This document shows, in pieces, positions 21,801-36,800 of a stretch of 64,000 nucleotides of DNA. Source of the stretch: Nemertoderma westbladi (taxonomy: Eukaryota; Animalia; Xenacoelomorpha); NCBI GenBank assembly GCA_032718475.1, contig JAUCBJ010009055.1, forward strand, positions 8,266 through 72,265, read 5' to 3'. The notes beneath the pieces are model-generated. The model saw only the letters and a list, made by a program, of their open reading frames with translations. It was not told where the DNA came from and ran no database searches. Made by a program: the position numbers and the translations under genes. How positions within the stretch are numbered: position 1 is the stretch's first letter; every line of letters begins with the position of its first letter.

Positions 21801-24800
21801 ATGTGTACAGGTTCTATGAACCCAGAGTTATACTGCCGTATTTGGGACCTCCTGCCAATGTGTACAGGTTCCCTGAACCCAGAGTTATACTGCCGTATTT
21901 GGGGCCTCCTGCCAATGTGTACAGGTTCCCTGAACTCAGAGTTATACTGCCGTATTTGGGGCCTCCTGCCAATGTGTACAGGTTCTATGAACCCAGAGTT
22001 ATACTGCCGTATTTGGGGCCTCCTGCCAATGTGTACAGGTTCTCTGAACCCAGAGTTATACTGCCGTATTTGGGGCCTCCCCCAATGTGTACAGGTTCCC
22101 TGAACTCAGAGTTATACTGCCGTATTTGGGGCCTCCTGCCAATGTGTACAGGTTCCCTGAACCCAGAGTTATACTGCCGTATTTGGGGCCTCCTGCCAAT
22201 GTGTACAGGTTCTATGAACCCAGAGTTATACTGCCGTATTTGGGACCTCCTGCCAATGTGTACAGGTTCCCTGAACCCAGAGTTATACTGCCGTATTTGG
22301 GGCCTCCTGCCAATGTGTACAGGTTCTATGAACCCAGAGTTATACTGCCGTATTTGGGGCCTCCTGCCAATGTGTACAGGTTCTCTGAACCCAGAGTTAT
22401 ACTGCCGTATTTGGGGCCTCCTGCCAATGTGTACAGGTTCCCTGAACTCAGAGTTATACTGCCGTATTTGGGGCCTCCTGCCAATGTGTACAGGTTCCCT
22501 GAACCCAGAGTTATACTGCCGTATTTGGGGCCTCCTGCCAATATGTACAGGTTCCCTGAACCCAGAGTTATACTGCCGTATTTGGGGCCTCCTGCCAATG
22601 TGTACAGGTTCCCTGAACCCAGAGTTATACTGCCGTATTTGGGGCCTCCTGCCAATGTGTACAGGTTCTATGAACCCAGAGTTATACTGCCGTATTTGGG
22701 ACCTCCTGCCAATGTGTACAGGTTCCCTGAACCCAGAGTTATACTGCCGTATTTGGGGCCTCCTGCCAATGTGTACAGGTTCTATGAACCCAGAGTTATA
22801 CTGCCGTATTTGGGGCCTCCTGCCAATGTGTACAGGTTCTCTGAACCCAGAGTTAATACTGCCGTATTTGGGGCCTCCTGCCACTGAACCCAGAGTTACA
22901 CTGCCGTATTTGGGGCCTCCTGCCAATGTGCACAGGTTCTATGAACCCAGAGTTACACTGCCGTATTTGGGACCTCCTGCCAATGTGTACAGGTTCCCTG
23001 AACTCAGAGTTATACTGCCGTATTTGGGGCCTCTTGCCAATGTGTACAGGTTCTATGAACCCAGAGTTATACTGCCGTATTTGGGGCCTCCTGCCAATGT
23101 GTACAGGTTCCATGAACCCAGAGTTAATACTGCCGTATTTGGGGCCTCCTGCCAATGTGTACAGGTTCTATGAACCCAGAGTTATACTGCCGTATTTGGG
23201 ACCTCCTGCCAATGTGTACAGGTTCCCTGAACCCAGAGTTATACTGCCGTATTTGGGGCCTCCTGCCAATGTGTACAGGTTCCCTGAACTCAGAGTTATA
23301 CTGCCGTATTTGGGGCCTCCTGCCAATGTGTACAGGTTCTATGAACCCAGAGTTATACTGCCGTATTTGGGGCCTCCTGCCAATGTGTACAGGTTCTATG
23401 AACCCAGAGTTATACTGCCGTATTTGGGGCCTCCTGCCAATGTGTACAGGTTCCCTGAACCCAGAGTTATACTGCCGTATTTGGGGCCTCCTGCCAATGT
23501 GTACAGGTTCCCTGAACTCAGAGTTATACTGCCGTATTTGGGGCCTCCTGCCAATGTGTACAGGTTCCCTGAACCCAGAGTTATACTGCCGTATTTGGGG
23601 CCTCCTGCCAATGTGTACAGGTTCTCTGAACCCAGAGTTATACTTCCGTATTTGGGGCCTCCTGCCAATGTGTACAGGTTCCCTGAACCCAGAGTTATAC
23701 TGCCGTATTTGGGGCCTCCTGCCAATGTGTACAGGTTTCCTCAACTCAGAGTTATACTGCCGTATTTGGGGCCTCCTGCCAATGTGTACAGGTTCCCTGA
23801 ACCCAGAGTTATACTGCCGTATTTGGGGCCTCCTGCCAATGTGTACAGGTTCCCTGAACCCAGAGTTATACTGCCGTATTTGGGGCCTCCTGCCAATGTG
23901 TACAGGTTCCCTGAACTCAGAGTTATACTGCCGTATTTGGGGCCTCCTGCCAATGTGTACAGGTTCCCTGAACCCAGAGTTATACTGCCGTATTTGGGGC
24001 CTCCTGCCAATGTGTACAGGTTCTCTGAACCCAGAGTTATACTTCCGTATTTGGGGCCTCCTGCCAATGTGTACAGGTTCCCTGAACCCAGAGTTATACT
24101 GCCGTATTTGGGGCCTCCTGCCAATGTGTACAGGTTTCCTCAACTCAGAGTTATACTGCCGTATTTGGGGCCTCCTGCCAATGTGTACAGGTTCCCTGAA
24201 CCCAGAGTTATACTGCCGTATTTGGGGCCTCCTGCCAATGTGTACAGGTTCTATGAACCCAGAGTTATACTGCCGTATTTGGGGCCTCCTGCCAATGTGT
24301 ACAGGTTCTCTGAACCCAGAGTTATACTGCCGTATTTGGGGCCTCCTGCCACTGAACCCAGAGTTACACTGCCGTATTTGGGGCCTCCTGCCAATGTGTA
24401 CAGGTTCCCTGAACCCAGAGTTATACTGCCGTATTTGGGGCCTCCTGCCAATGTTTACAGGTTCTCTGAACCCAGAGTAATACCTCCGTATTTGGGCCTC
24501 CTGCCACTGAACCCAGAGTTACACTGCCGTATTTGGGGCCTCCCGCCAATGTGTACAGGTTCTCTGAACCCAGAGTTAATACTGCCGTATTTGGGGCCTC
24601 CTGCCACTGAACCCAGAGTTACACTGCCGTATTTGGGGCCTCCTGCCAATGTGTACAGGTTCTATGAACCCAGAGTTAATACTGCCGTATTTGGGGCCTC
24701 CTGCCACTGAACCCAGAGTTACACTGCCGTATTTGGGGCCTCCTGCCAATGTGCACAGGTTCTATGAACCCAGAGTTATACTGCCGTATTTGGGACCTCC

Positions 24801-27800
24801 TGCCAATGTGTACAGGTTCTATGAACCCAGAGTTATACTGCCGTATTTGGGACCTCCTACCAATGTGTACAGGTTCCCTGAACCCAGAGTTATACTGTCG
24901 TATTTGGGGCCTCCTGCCAATGTGTACAGGTTCTATGAACCCAGAGTTATACTGCCGTATTTGGGACCTCCTACCAATGTGTACAGGTTCCCTGAACCCA
25001 GAGTTATACTGTCGTATTTGGGGCCTCCTGCCAATGTGTACAGGTCCCCTGAACTCAGAGTTATACTGCCGTATTTGGGGCCTCCTGCCAATGTGTACAG
25101 GTTCCCTGAACCCAGAGTTATACTGCCGTATTTGGGGCCTCCTGCCAATGTGTACAGGTTCCCTGAACCCAGAGTTATACTGCCGTATTTGGGGCCTCCT
25201 GCCAATGTGTACAGGTTCCCTGAACCCAGAGTTATACTGCCGTATTTGGGGCCTCCTGCCAATGTGTACAGGTTCTATGGACCCAGAGTTATACTGCCGT
25301 ATTTGGGACCTCCTGCCAATGTGTACAGGTTCCCTGAACCCAGAGTTATACTGCCGTATTTGGGGCCTCCTGCCAATGTGTACAGGTTCTATGAACCCAG
25401 AGTTATACTGCCGTATTTGGGGCCTCCTGCCAATGTGTACAGGTTCTCTGAACCCAGAGTTAATACTGCCGTATTTGGGGCCTCCTGCCACTGAACCCAG
25501 AGTTACACTGCCGTATTTGGGGCCTCCTGTCAATGTGCACAGGTTCTATGAACCCAGAGTTACACTGCCGTATTTGGGACCTCCTGCCAATGTGTACAGG
25601 TTCCCTGAACTCAGAGTTATACTGCCGTATTTGGGGCCTCTTGCCAATGTGTACAGGTTCTATGAACCCAGAGTTATACTGCCGTATTTGGGGCCTCCTG
25701 CCAATGTGTACAGGTTCCATGAACCCAGAGTTAATACTGCCGTATTTGGGGCCTCCTGCCAATGTGTACAGGTTCTATGAACCCAGAGTTATACTGCCGT
25801 ATTTGGGACCTCCTGCCAATGTGTACAGGTTCCCTGAACCCAGAGTTATACTGCCGTATTTGGGGCCTCCTGCCAATGTGTACAGGTTCCCTGAACTCAG
25901 AGTTATACTGCCGTATTTGGGTCCTCCTGCCAATGTGTACAGGTTCTATGAACCCAGAGTTATACTGCCGTATTTGGGGCCTCCTGCCAATGTGTACAGG
26001 TTCTCTGAACCCAGAGTTATACTGCCGTATTTGGGGCCTCCTGCCAATGTGTACAGGTTCCCTGAACCCAGAGTTATACTGCCGTATTTGGGGCCTCCTG
26101 CCAATGTGTACAGGTTCCCTGAACTCAGAGTTATACTGCCGTATTTGGGGCCTCCTGCCAATGTGTACAGGTTCCCTGAACCCAGAGTTATACTGCCGTA
26201 TTTGGGGCCTCCTGCCAATGTGTACAGGTTCCCTGAACCCAGAGTTATACTGCCGTATTTGGGGCCTCCTGCCAATGTGTACAGGTTCCCTGAACCCAGA
26301 GTTATACTGCCGTATTTGGGGCCTCCTGCCAATGTGTACAGGTTCCCTCAACTCAGAGTTATACTGCCGTATTTGGGGCCTCCTGCCAATGTGTACAGGT
26401 TCCCTGAACCCAGAGTTATACTGCCGTATTTGGGGCCTCCTGCCAATGTGTACAGGTTCTATGAACCCAGAGTTATACTGCCGTATTTGGGGCCTCCTGC
26501 CAATGTGTACAGGTTCTCTGAACCCAGAGTTATACTGCCGTATTTGGGGCCTCCTGCCACTGAACCCAGAGTTACACTGCCGTATTTGGGGCCTCCTGCC
26601 AATGTGTACAGGTTCCCTGAACCCAGAGTTATACTGCCGTATTTGGGGCATCCTGCCAATGTTTACAGGTTCTCTGAACCCAGAGTAATACCTCCGTATT
26701 TGGGCCTCCTGCCACTGAACCCAGAGTTACACTGCCGTATTTGGGGCCTCCCGCCAATGTGTACAGGTTCTCTGAACCCAGAGTTAATACTGCCGTATTT
26801 GGGGCCTCCTGCCACTGAACCCAGAGTTACACTGCCGTATTTGGGGCCTCCTGCCAATGTGTACAGGTTCTATGAACCCAGAGTTAATACTGCCGTATTT
26901 GGGGCCTCCTGCCACTGAACCCAGAGTTACACTGCCGTATTTGGGGCCTCCTGCCAATGTGCACAGGTTCTATGAACCCAGAGTTATACTGCCGTATTTG
27001 GGACCTCCTGCCAATGTTATACTGCCGTATTTGGGACCTCCTACCAATGTGTACAGGTTCCCTGAACCCAGAGTTATACTGTCGTATTTGGGGCCTCCTG
27101 CCAATGTGTACAGGTTCTCTGAACCCAGAGTTATACTGCCGTATTTGGGGCCTCCTGCCAATGTGTACATGTTCCCTGAACCCAGAGTTATACTGCCGTA
27201 TTTGGGGCCTCCTGCCAATGTGTACAGGTTCTATGAACCCAGAGTTATACTGCCGTAATTGGGACATCCTGCCAATGTGTACAGGTTCCCTGAACCCAGA
27301 GTTATACTGCCGTATTTGGGGCCTCCTGCCAATGTGTACAGGTTCCCTGAACCCAGAGTTATACTGCCGTATTTGGGGCCTCCTGCCAATGTGTACAGGT
27401 TCTATGAACCCAGAGTTATACTGCCGTATTTGGGACCTCCTGCCAATGTGTACAGGTTCCCTGAACCCAGAGTTATACTGCCGTATTTGGGGCCTCCTGC
27501 CAATGTGTACAGGTTCTATGAACCCAGAGTTATACTGCCGTATTTGGGGCCTCCTGCCAATGTGTACAGGTTCTCTGAACCCAGAGTTATACTGCCGTAT
27601 TTGGGGCCTCCTGCCAATGTGTACAGGTTCCCTGAACTCAGAGTTATACTGCCGTATTTGGGGCCTCCTGCCAATGTGTACAGGTTCCCTGAACCCAGAG
27701 TTATACTGCCGTATTTGGGGCCTCCTGCCAATGTGTACAGGTTCCCTGAACCCAGAGTTATACTGCCGTATTTGGGGCCTCCTGCCAATGTGTACAGGTT

Positions 27801-30800
27801 CCCTGAACCCAGAGTTATACTGCCGTATTTGGGGCCTCCTGCCAATGTGTACAGGTTCTATGAACCCAGAGTTATACTGCCGTATTTGGGACCTCCTGCC
27901 AATGTGTACAGGTTCCCTGAACCCAGAGTTATACTGCCGTATTTGGGGCCTCCTGCCAATGTGTACAGGTTCTATGAACCCAGAGTTATACTGCCGTATT
28001 TGGGGCCTCCTGCCAATGTGTACAGGTTCTCTGAACCCAGAGTTAATACTGCCGTATTTGGGGCCTCCTGCCACTGAACCCAGAGTTACACTGCCGTATT
28101 TGGGGCCTCCTGCCAATGTGCACAGGTTCTATGAACCCAGAGTTATACTGCCGTATTTGGGACCTCCTACCAATGTGTACAGGTTCCCTGAACCCAGAGT
28201 TATACTGCCGTATTTGGGGCTTCCTGCCAATGTGTACAGGTTCCCTGAACTCAGAGTTATACTGCCGTATTTGGGGCCTCCTACCAATGTGTACAGGTTC
28301 TATGAACCCAGAGTTATACTGCCGTATTTGGGGCCTCCTGCCAATGTGTACAGGTTCTATGAACCCAGAGTTATACTGCCGTATTTGGGACCTCCTGCCA
28401 ATGTGTACAGGTTCTATGAACCCAGAGTTATACTGCCGTATTTGGGACCTCCTACCAATGTGTACAGGTTCCCTGAACCCAGAGTTATACTGTCGTATTT
28501 GGGGCCTCCTGCCAATGTGTACAGGTTCTATGAACCCAGAGTTATACTGCCGTATTTGGGACCTCCTACCAATGTGTACAGGTTCCCTGAACCCAGAGTT
28601 ATACTGTCGTATTTGGGGCCTCCTGCCAATGTGTACAGGTCCCCTGAACTCAGAGTTATACTGCCGTATTTGGGGCCTCCTGCCAATGTGTACAGGTTCC
28701 CTGAACCCAGAGTTATACTGCCGTATTTGGGGTCTCCTGCCAATGTGTACAGGTTCCCTGAACCCAGAGTTATACTGCCGTATTTGGGGCCTCCTGCCAA
28801 TGTGTACAGGTTCCCTGAACCCAGAGTTATACTGCCGTATTTGGGGCCTCCTGCCAATGTGTACAGGTTCTATGAACCCAGAGTTATACTGCCGTATTTG
28901 GGACCTCCTGCCAATGTGTACAGGTTCCCTGAACCCAGAGTTATACTGCCGTATTTGGGGCCTCCTGCCAATGTGTACAGGTTCTATGAACCCAGAGTTA
29001 TACTGCCGTATTTGGGGCCTCCTGCCAATGTGTACAGGTTCTCTGAACCCAGAGTTAATACTGCCGTATTTGGGGCCTCCTGCCACTGAACCCAGAGTTA
29101 CACTGCCGTATTTGGGGCCTCCTGCCAATGTGCACAGGTTCTATGAACCCAGAGTTACACTGCCGTATTTGGGACCTCCTGCCAATGTGTACAGGTTCCC
29201 TGAACTCAGAGTTATACTGCCGTATTTGGGGCCTCTTGCCAATGTGTACAGGTTCTATGAACCCAGAGTTATACTGCCGTATTTGGGGCCTCCTGCCAAT
29301 GTGTACAGGTTCCATGAACGCAGAGTTAATACTGCCGTATTTGGGGCCTCCTGCCAATGTGTACAGGTTCTATGAACCCAGAGTTATACTGCCGTATTTG
29401 GGACCTCCTGCCAATGTGTACAGGTTCCCTGAACCCAGAGTTATACTGCCGTATTTGGGGCCTCCTGCCAATGTGTACAGGTTCCCTGAACTCAGAGTTA
29501 TACTGCCGTATTTGGGGCCTCCTGCCAATGTGTACAGGTTCTATGAACCCAGAGTTATACTGCCGTATTTGGGGCCTCCTGCCAATGTGTACAGGTTCTC
29601 TGAACCCAGAGTTATACTGCCGTATTTGGGGCCTCCTGCCAATGTGTACAGGTTCCCTGAACCCAGAGTTATACTGCCGTATTTGGGGCCTCCTGCCAAT
29701 GTGTACAGGTTCCCTGAACTCAGAGTTATACTGCCGTATTTGGGGCCTCCTGCCAATGTGTACAGGTTCCCTGAACCCAGAGTTATACTGCCGTATTTGG
29801 GGCCTCCTGCCAATGTGTACAGGTTCCCTGAACCCAGAGTTATACTGCCGTATTTGGGGCCTCCTGCCAATGTGTACAGGTTCCCTGAACCCAGAGTTAT
29901 ACTGCCGTATTTGGGGCCTCCTGCCAATGTGTACAGGTTCCCTCAACTCAGAGTTATACTGCCGTATTTGGGGCCTCCTGCCAATGTGTACAGGTTCCCT
30001 GAACCCAGAGTTATACTGCCGTATTTGGGGCCTCCTGCCAATGTGTACAGGTTCTATGAACCCAGAGTTATACTGCCGTATTTGGGGCCTCCTGCCAATG
30101 TGTACAGGTTCTCTGAACCCAGAGTTATACTGCCGTATTTGGGGCCTCCTGCCACTGAACCCAGAGTTACACTGCCGTATTTGGGGCCTCCTGCCAATGT
30201 GTACAGGTTCCCTGAACCCAGAGTTATACTGCCGTATTTGGGGCCTCCTGCCAATGTTTACAGGTTCTCTGAACCCAGAGTAATACCTCCGTATTTGGGC
30301 CTCCTGCCACTGAACCCAGAGTTACACTGCCGTATTTGGGGCCTCCCGCCAATGTGTACAGGTTCTCTGAACCCAGAGTTAATACTGCCGTATTTGGGGC
30401 CTCCTGCCACTGAACCCAGAGTTACACTGCCGTATTTGGGGCCTCCTGCCAATGTGTACAGGTTCTATGAACCCAGAGTTATACTGCCGTATTTGGGGCC
30501 TCCTGCCAATGTGTACAGGTTCTATGAACCCAGAGTTAATACTGCCGTATTTGGGGCCTCCTGCCACTGAACCCAGAGTTACACTGCCGTATTTGGGACC
30601 TCCTGCCAATGTGTACAGGTTCCCTGAACCCAGAGTTATACTGCAGTATTTGGGGCCTCCTGCCAATGTGTACAGGTTCTATGAACCCAGAGTTATACTG
30701 CCGTATTTGGGGCCTCCTGCCAATGTGTACAGGTTCTCTGAACCCAGAGTTAATACTGCCGTATTTGGGGCCTCCTGCCACTGAACCCAGAGTTACACTG

Positions 30801-33800
30801 CCGTATTTGGGGCCTCCTGCCAATGTGCACAGGTTCTATGAACCCAGAGTTACACTGCCGTATTTGGGACCTCCTGCCAATGTGTACAGGTTCCCTGAAC
30901 TCAGAGTTATACTGCCGTATTTGGGGCCTCTTGCCAATGTGTACAGGTTCTATGAACCCAGAGTTATACTGCCGTATTTGGGGCCTCCTGCCAATGTGTA
31001 CAGGTTCCATGAACCCAGAGTTAATACTGCCGTATTTGGGGCCTCCTGCCAATGTGTACAGGTTCTATGAACCCAGAGTTATACTGCCGTATTTGGGACC
31101 TCCTGCCAATGTGTACAGGTTCCCTGAACCCAGAGTTATACTGCCGTATTTGGGGCCTCCTGCCAATGTGTACAGGTTCCCTGAACTCAGAGTTATACTG
31201 CCGTATTTGGGGCCTCCTGCCAATGTGTACAGGTTCTATGAACCCAGAGTTATACTGCCGTATTTGGGGCCTCCTGCCAATGTGTACAGGTTCTCTGAAC
31301 CCAGAGTTATACTGCCGTATTTGGGGCCTCCTGCCAATGTGTACAGGTTCCCTGAACCCAGAGTTATACTGCCGTATTTGGGGCCTCCTGCCAATGTGTA
31401 CAGGTTCCCTGAAATCAGAGTTATACTCCTGTATTTGGGGCCTCCTGCCAATGTGTACAGGTTCCCTGAACCCAGAGTTATACTGCCGTATTTGGGGCCT
31501 CCTGCCAATGTGTACAGGTTCCCTGAACCCAGAGTTATACTGCCGTATTTGGGGCCTCCTGCCAATGTGTACAGGTTCCCTGAACCCAGAGTTATACTGC
31601 CGTATTTGGGGCCTCCTGCCAATGTGTACAGGTTCCCTCAACTCAGAGTTATACTGCCGTATTTGGGGCCTCCTGCCAATGTGTACAGGTTCCCTGAACC
31701 CAGAGTTATACTGCCGTATTTGGGGCCTCCTGCCAATGTGTACAGGTTCTATGAACCCAGAGTTATACTGCCGTATTTGGGGCCTCCTGCCAATGTGTAC
31801 AGGTTCTCTGAACCCAGAGTTATACTGCCGTATTTGGGGCCTCCTGCCACTGAACCCAGAGTTACACTGCCGTATTTGGGGCCTCCTGCCAATGTGTACA
31901 GGTTCCCTGAACCCAGAGTTATACTGCCGTATTTGGGGCCTCCTGCCAATGTTTACAGGTTCTCTGAACCCAGAGTAATACCTCCGTATTTGGGCCTCCT
32001 GCCACTGAACCCAGAGTTACACTGCCGTATTTGGGGCCTCCCGCCAATGTGTACAGGTTCTCTGAACCCAGAGTTAATACTGCCGTATTTGGGGCCTCCT
32101 GCCACTGAACCCAGAGTTACACTGCCGTATTTGGGGCCTCCTGCCAATGTGTACAGGTTCTATGAACCCAGAGTTATACTGCCGTATTTGGGGCCTCCTG
32201 CCAATGTGTACAGGTTCTCTGAACCCAGAGTTAATACTGCCGTATTTGGGGCCTCCTGCCACTGAACCCAGAGTTACACTGCCGTATTTGGGGCCTCCTG
32301 CCAATGTGCACAGGTTCTATGAACCCAGAGTTACACTGCCGTATTTGGGACCTCCTGCCAATGTGTACAGGTTCCCTGAACTCAGAGTTATACTGCCGTA
32401 TTTGGGGCCTCTTGCCAATGTGTACAGGTTCTATGAACCCAGAGTTATACTGCCGTATTTGGGGCCTCCTGCCAATGTGTACAGGTTCTATGAACCCAGA
32501 GTTAATACTGCCGTATTTGGGGCCTCCTGCCACTGAACCCAGAGTTACACTGCCGTATTTGGGGCCTCCTGCCAATGTGCACAGGTTCTATGAACCCAGA
32601 GTTATACTGCCGTATTTGGGACCTCCTGCCAATGTGTACAGGTTCTATGAACCCAGAGTTATACTGCCGTATTTGGGGCCTCCTGCCAATGTGTACAGGT
32701 TCTCTGAACCCAGAGTTATACTGCCGTATTTGGGGCCTCCTGCCAATGTGTACAGGTTCTATGAACCCAGAGTTATACTGCCGTATTTGGGACCTCCTAC
32801 CAATGTGTACAGGTTCCCTGAACCCAGAGTTATACTGCCGTATTTGGGACCTCCTACCAATGTGTACAGGTTCCCTGAACCCAGAGTTATACTGTCGTAT
32901 TTGGGGCCTCCTGCCAATGTGTACAGGTTCCCTGAACCCAGAGTTATACTGCCGTATTTGGGGCCTCCTGCCAATGTGTACAGGTTCCCTGAACTCAGAG
33001 TTATACTGCCGTATTTGGGACCTCCTACCAATGTGTACAGGTTCCCTGAACCCAGAGTTATACTGTCGTATTTGGGGCCTCCTGCCAATGTGTACAGGTT
33101 CTATGAACCCAGAGTTATACTGCCGTATTTGGGACCTCCTACCAATGTGTACAGGTTCCCTGAACCCAGAGTTATACTGTCGTATTTGGGGCCTCCTGCC
33201 AATGTGTACAGGTTCCCTGAACCCAGAGTTATACTGCCGTATTTGGGGCCTCCTGCCAATGTGTACAGGTTCCCTGAACCCAGAGTTATACTGCCGTATT
33301 TTTGGCCTCCTGCCAATGTGTACATGTTCCCTGAACCCAGAGTTATACTGCCGTATTTGGGGCCTCCTGCCAATGTGTACAGGTTCTATGAACCCAGAGT
33401 TATACTGCCGTAATTGGGACATCCTGCCAATGTGTACAGGTTCCCTGAACCCAGAGTTATACTGCCGTATTTGGGGCCTCCTGCCAATGTGTACAGGTTC
33501 CCTGAACCCAGAGTTATACTGCCGTATTTGGGGCCTCCTGCCAATGTGTACAGGTTCTATGAACCCAGAGTTATACTGCCGTATTTGGGACCTCCTGCCA
33601 ATGTGTACAGGTTCCCTGAACCCAGAGTTATACTGCCGTATTTGGGGCCTCCTGCCAATGTGTACAGGTTCTATGAACCCAGAGTTATACTGCCGTATTT
33701 GGGGCCTCCTGCCAATGTGTACAGGTTCTCTGAACCCAGAGTTATACTGCCGTATTTGGGGCCTCCTGCCAATGTGTACAGGTTCCCTGAACTCAGAGTT

Positions 33801-36800
33801 ATACTGCCGTATTTGGGGCCTCCTGCCAATGTGTACAGGTTCCCTGAACCCAGAGTTATACTGCCGTATTTGGGGCCTCCTGCCAATGTGTACAGGTTCC
33901 CTGAACCCAGAGTTATACTGCCGTATTTGGGGCCTCCTGCCAATGTGTACAGGTTTCCTGAACCCAGAGTTATACTGCCGTATTTGGGGCCTCCTGCCAA
34001 TGTGTACAGGTTCTATGAACCCAGAGTTATACTGCCGTATTTGGGACCTCCTGCCAATGTGTACAGGTTCCCTGAACCCAGAGTTATACTGCCGTATTTG
34101 GGGCCTCCTGCCAATGTGTACAGGTTCTATGAACCCAGAGTTATACTGCCGTATTTGGGGCCTCCTGCCAATGTGTACAGGTTCTCTGAACCCAGAGTTA
34201 ATACTGCCGTATTTGGGGCCTCCTGCCACTGAACCCAGAGTTACACTGCCGTATTTGGGGCCTCCTGCCAATGTGTACAGGTTCCCTGAACCCAGAGTTA
34301 TACTGCCGTATTTGGGGCTTCCTGCCAATGTGTACAGGTTCCCTGAACTCAGAGTTATACTGCCGTATTTGGGGCCTCCTGCCAATGTGTACAGGTTCCC
34401 TGAACCCAGAGTTATACTGCCGTATTTGGGGCCTCCTGCCAATGTGTACAGGTTCTATGAACTCAGAGTTATACTGCCGTATTTGGGGCCTCCTGCCAAT
34501 GTGTACAGGTTCTCTGAACCCAGAGTTATACTGCCGTATTTGGGGCCTCCTGCCACTGAACCCAGAGTTACACTGCCGTATTTGGGGCCTCCTGCCAATG
34601 TGTACAGGTTCCCTGAACCCAGAGTTATACTGCCGTATTTGGGGCCTCCTGCCAATATGTACAGGTTCTCTGAACCCAGAGTTATACTGCCGTATTTGGG
34701 CCTCCTGCCACTGAACCCAGAGTTACACTGCCGTATTTGGAACCTCCTGCCAATGTGTACAGGTTCCCTGAACTCAGAGTTATACTGCTGTATTTGGGGC
34801 CTCCTGCCTATGTGTACAGGTTCCCTGAACCCAGAGTTATACTGCCGTATTTGGGGCCTCCTGCCAATGTGTACAGGTTCTATGAACCCAGAGTTATACT
34901 GCCGTATTTGGGGCCTCCTGCCAATGTGTACAGGTTCCCTGAACCCAGAGTTATACTGCCGTATTTGGGGCCTCCTGCCAATGTGTACAGGTTCTCTGAA
35001 CCCAGAGTTATACTGCCGTATTTGGGGCCTCCTGCCACTGAACCCAGAGTTACACTGCCGTATTTGGGACCTCCTGCCAATGTGTACAGGTTCCCTGAAC
35101 TCAGAGTTATACTGCCGTATTTGGGGCCTCTTGCCAATGTGTACAGGTTCTATGAACCCAGAGTTATACTGCCGTATTTGGGGCCTCCTGCCAATGTGTA
35201 CAGGTTCCATGAACCCAGAGTTATACTGCCGTATTTGGGGCCTCCTGCCAATGTGTACAGGTTCTATGAACCCAGAGTTATACTGCCGTATTTGGGGCCT
35301 CCTGCCAATGTGTACAGGTTCCCTGAACCCAGAGTTATACTGCCGTATTTGGGGCCTCCTGCCAATGTGTACAGGTTCCCTGAACCCAGAGTTATACTGC
35401 CGTATTTGGGGCCTCCTGCCAATGTGTACAGGTTCTATGAACCCAGAGTTATACTGCCGTATTTGGGGCCTCCTGCCAATGTGTACAGGTTCTCTGAACC
35501 CAGAGTTATACTGCCGTATTTGGGGCCTCCTGCCAATGTGTACAGGTTCCCTGAACCCAGAGTTATACTGCCGTATTTGGGGCCTCCTGCCAATGTGTAC
35601 AGGTTCCCTGAACCCAGAGTTATACTGCCGTATTTGGGGCCTCCTGCCAATGTGTACAGGTTCCCTGAACCCAGAGTTATACTGCCGTATTTGGGGCCTC
35701 CTGCCAATGTGTACAGGTTCCCTGAACCCAGAGTTATACTGCCGTATTTGGGGCCTCCTGCCAATGTGTACAGGTTCCCTGAACCCAGAGTTATACTGCC
35801 GTATTTGGGGCCTCCTGCCAATGTGTACAGGTTCCCTGAACTCAGAGTTATACTGCCGTATTTGGGGCCTCTTGCCAATGTGTACAGGTTCTATGAACCC
35901 AGAGTTATACTGCCGTATTTGGGGCCTCCTGCCAATGTGTACAGGTTCCATGAACCCAGAGTTAATACTGCCGTATTTGGGGCCTCCTGCCAATGTGTAC
36001 AGGTTCTATAAACCCAGAGTTATACTGCCGTATTTGGGACCTCCTGCCAATGTGTACAGGTTCCCTGAACCCAGAGTTATACTGCCGTATTTGGGGCCTC
36101 CTGCCAATGTGTACAGGTTCCCTGAACTCAGAGTTATACTGCCGTATTTGGGGCCTCCTGCCAATGTGTACAGGTTCTATGAACCCAGAGTTATACTGCC
36201 GTATTTGGGGCCTCCTGCCAATGTGTACAGGTTCTCTGAACCCAGAGTTATACTGCCGTATTTGGGGCCTCCTGCCAATGTGTACAGGTTCCCTGAACCC
36301 AGAGTTATACTGCCGTATTTGGGGCCTCCTGCCAATGTGTACAGGTTCCCTGAACTCAGAGTTATACTGCCGTATTTGGGGCCTCCTGCCAATGTGTACA
36401 GGTTCCCTGAACCCAGAGTTATACTGCCGTATTTGGGGCCTCCTGCCAATGTGTACAGGTTCCCTGAACCCAGAGTTATACTGCCGTATTTGGGGCCTCC
36501 TGCCAATGTGTACAGGTTCCCTGAACCCAGAGTTATACTGCCGTATTTGGGGCCTCCTGCCAATGTGTACAGGTTCTATGAACCCAGAGTTATACTGCCG
36601 TATTTGGGGCCTCCTGCCAATGTGTACAGGTTCCCTGAACCCAGAGTTATACTGCCGTATTTGGGGCCTTCTGCCAATGTGTACAGGTTCCCTGAACCCA
36701 GAGTTATACTGCCGTATTTGGGGCCTCCTGCCAATGTGTACAGGTTCCCTGAACCCAGAGTTATACTGCCGTATTTGGGGCCTCCTGCCAATGTGTACAG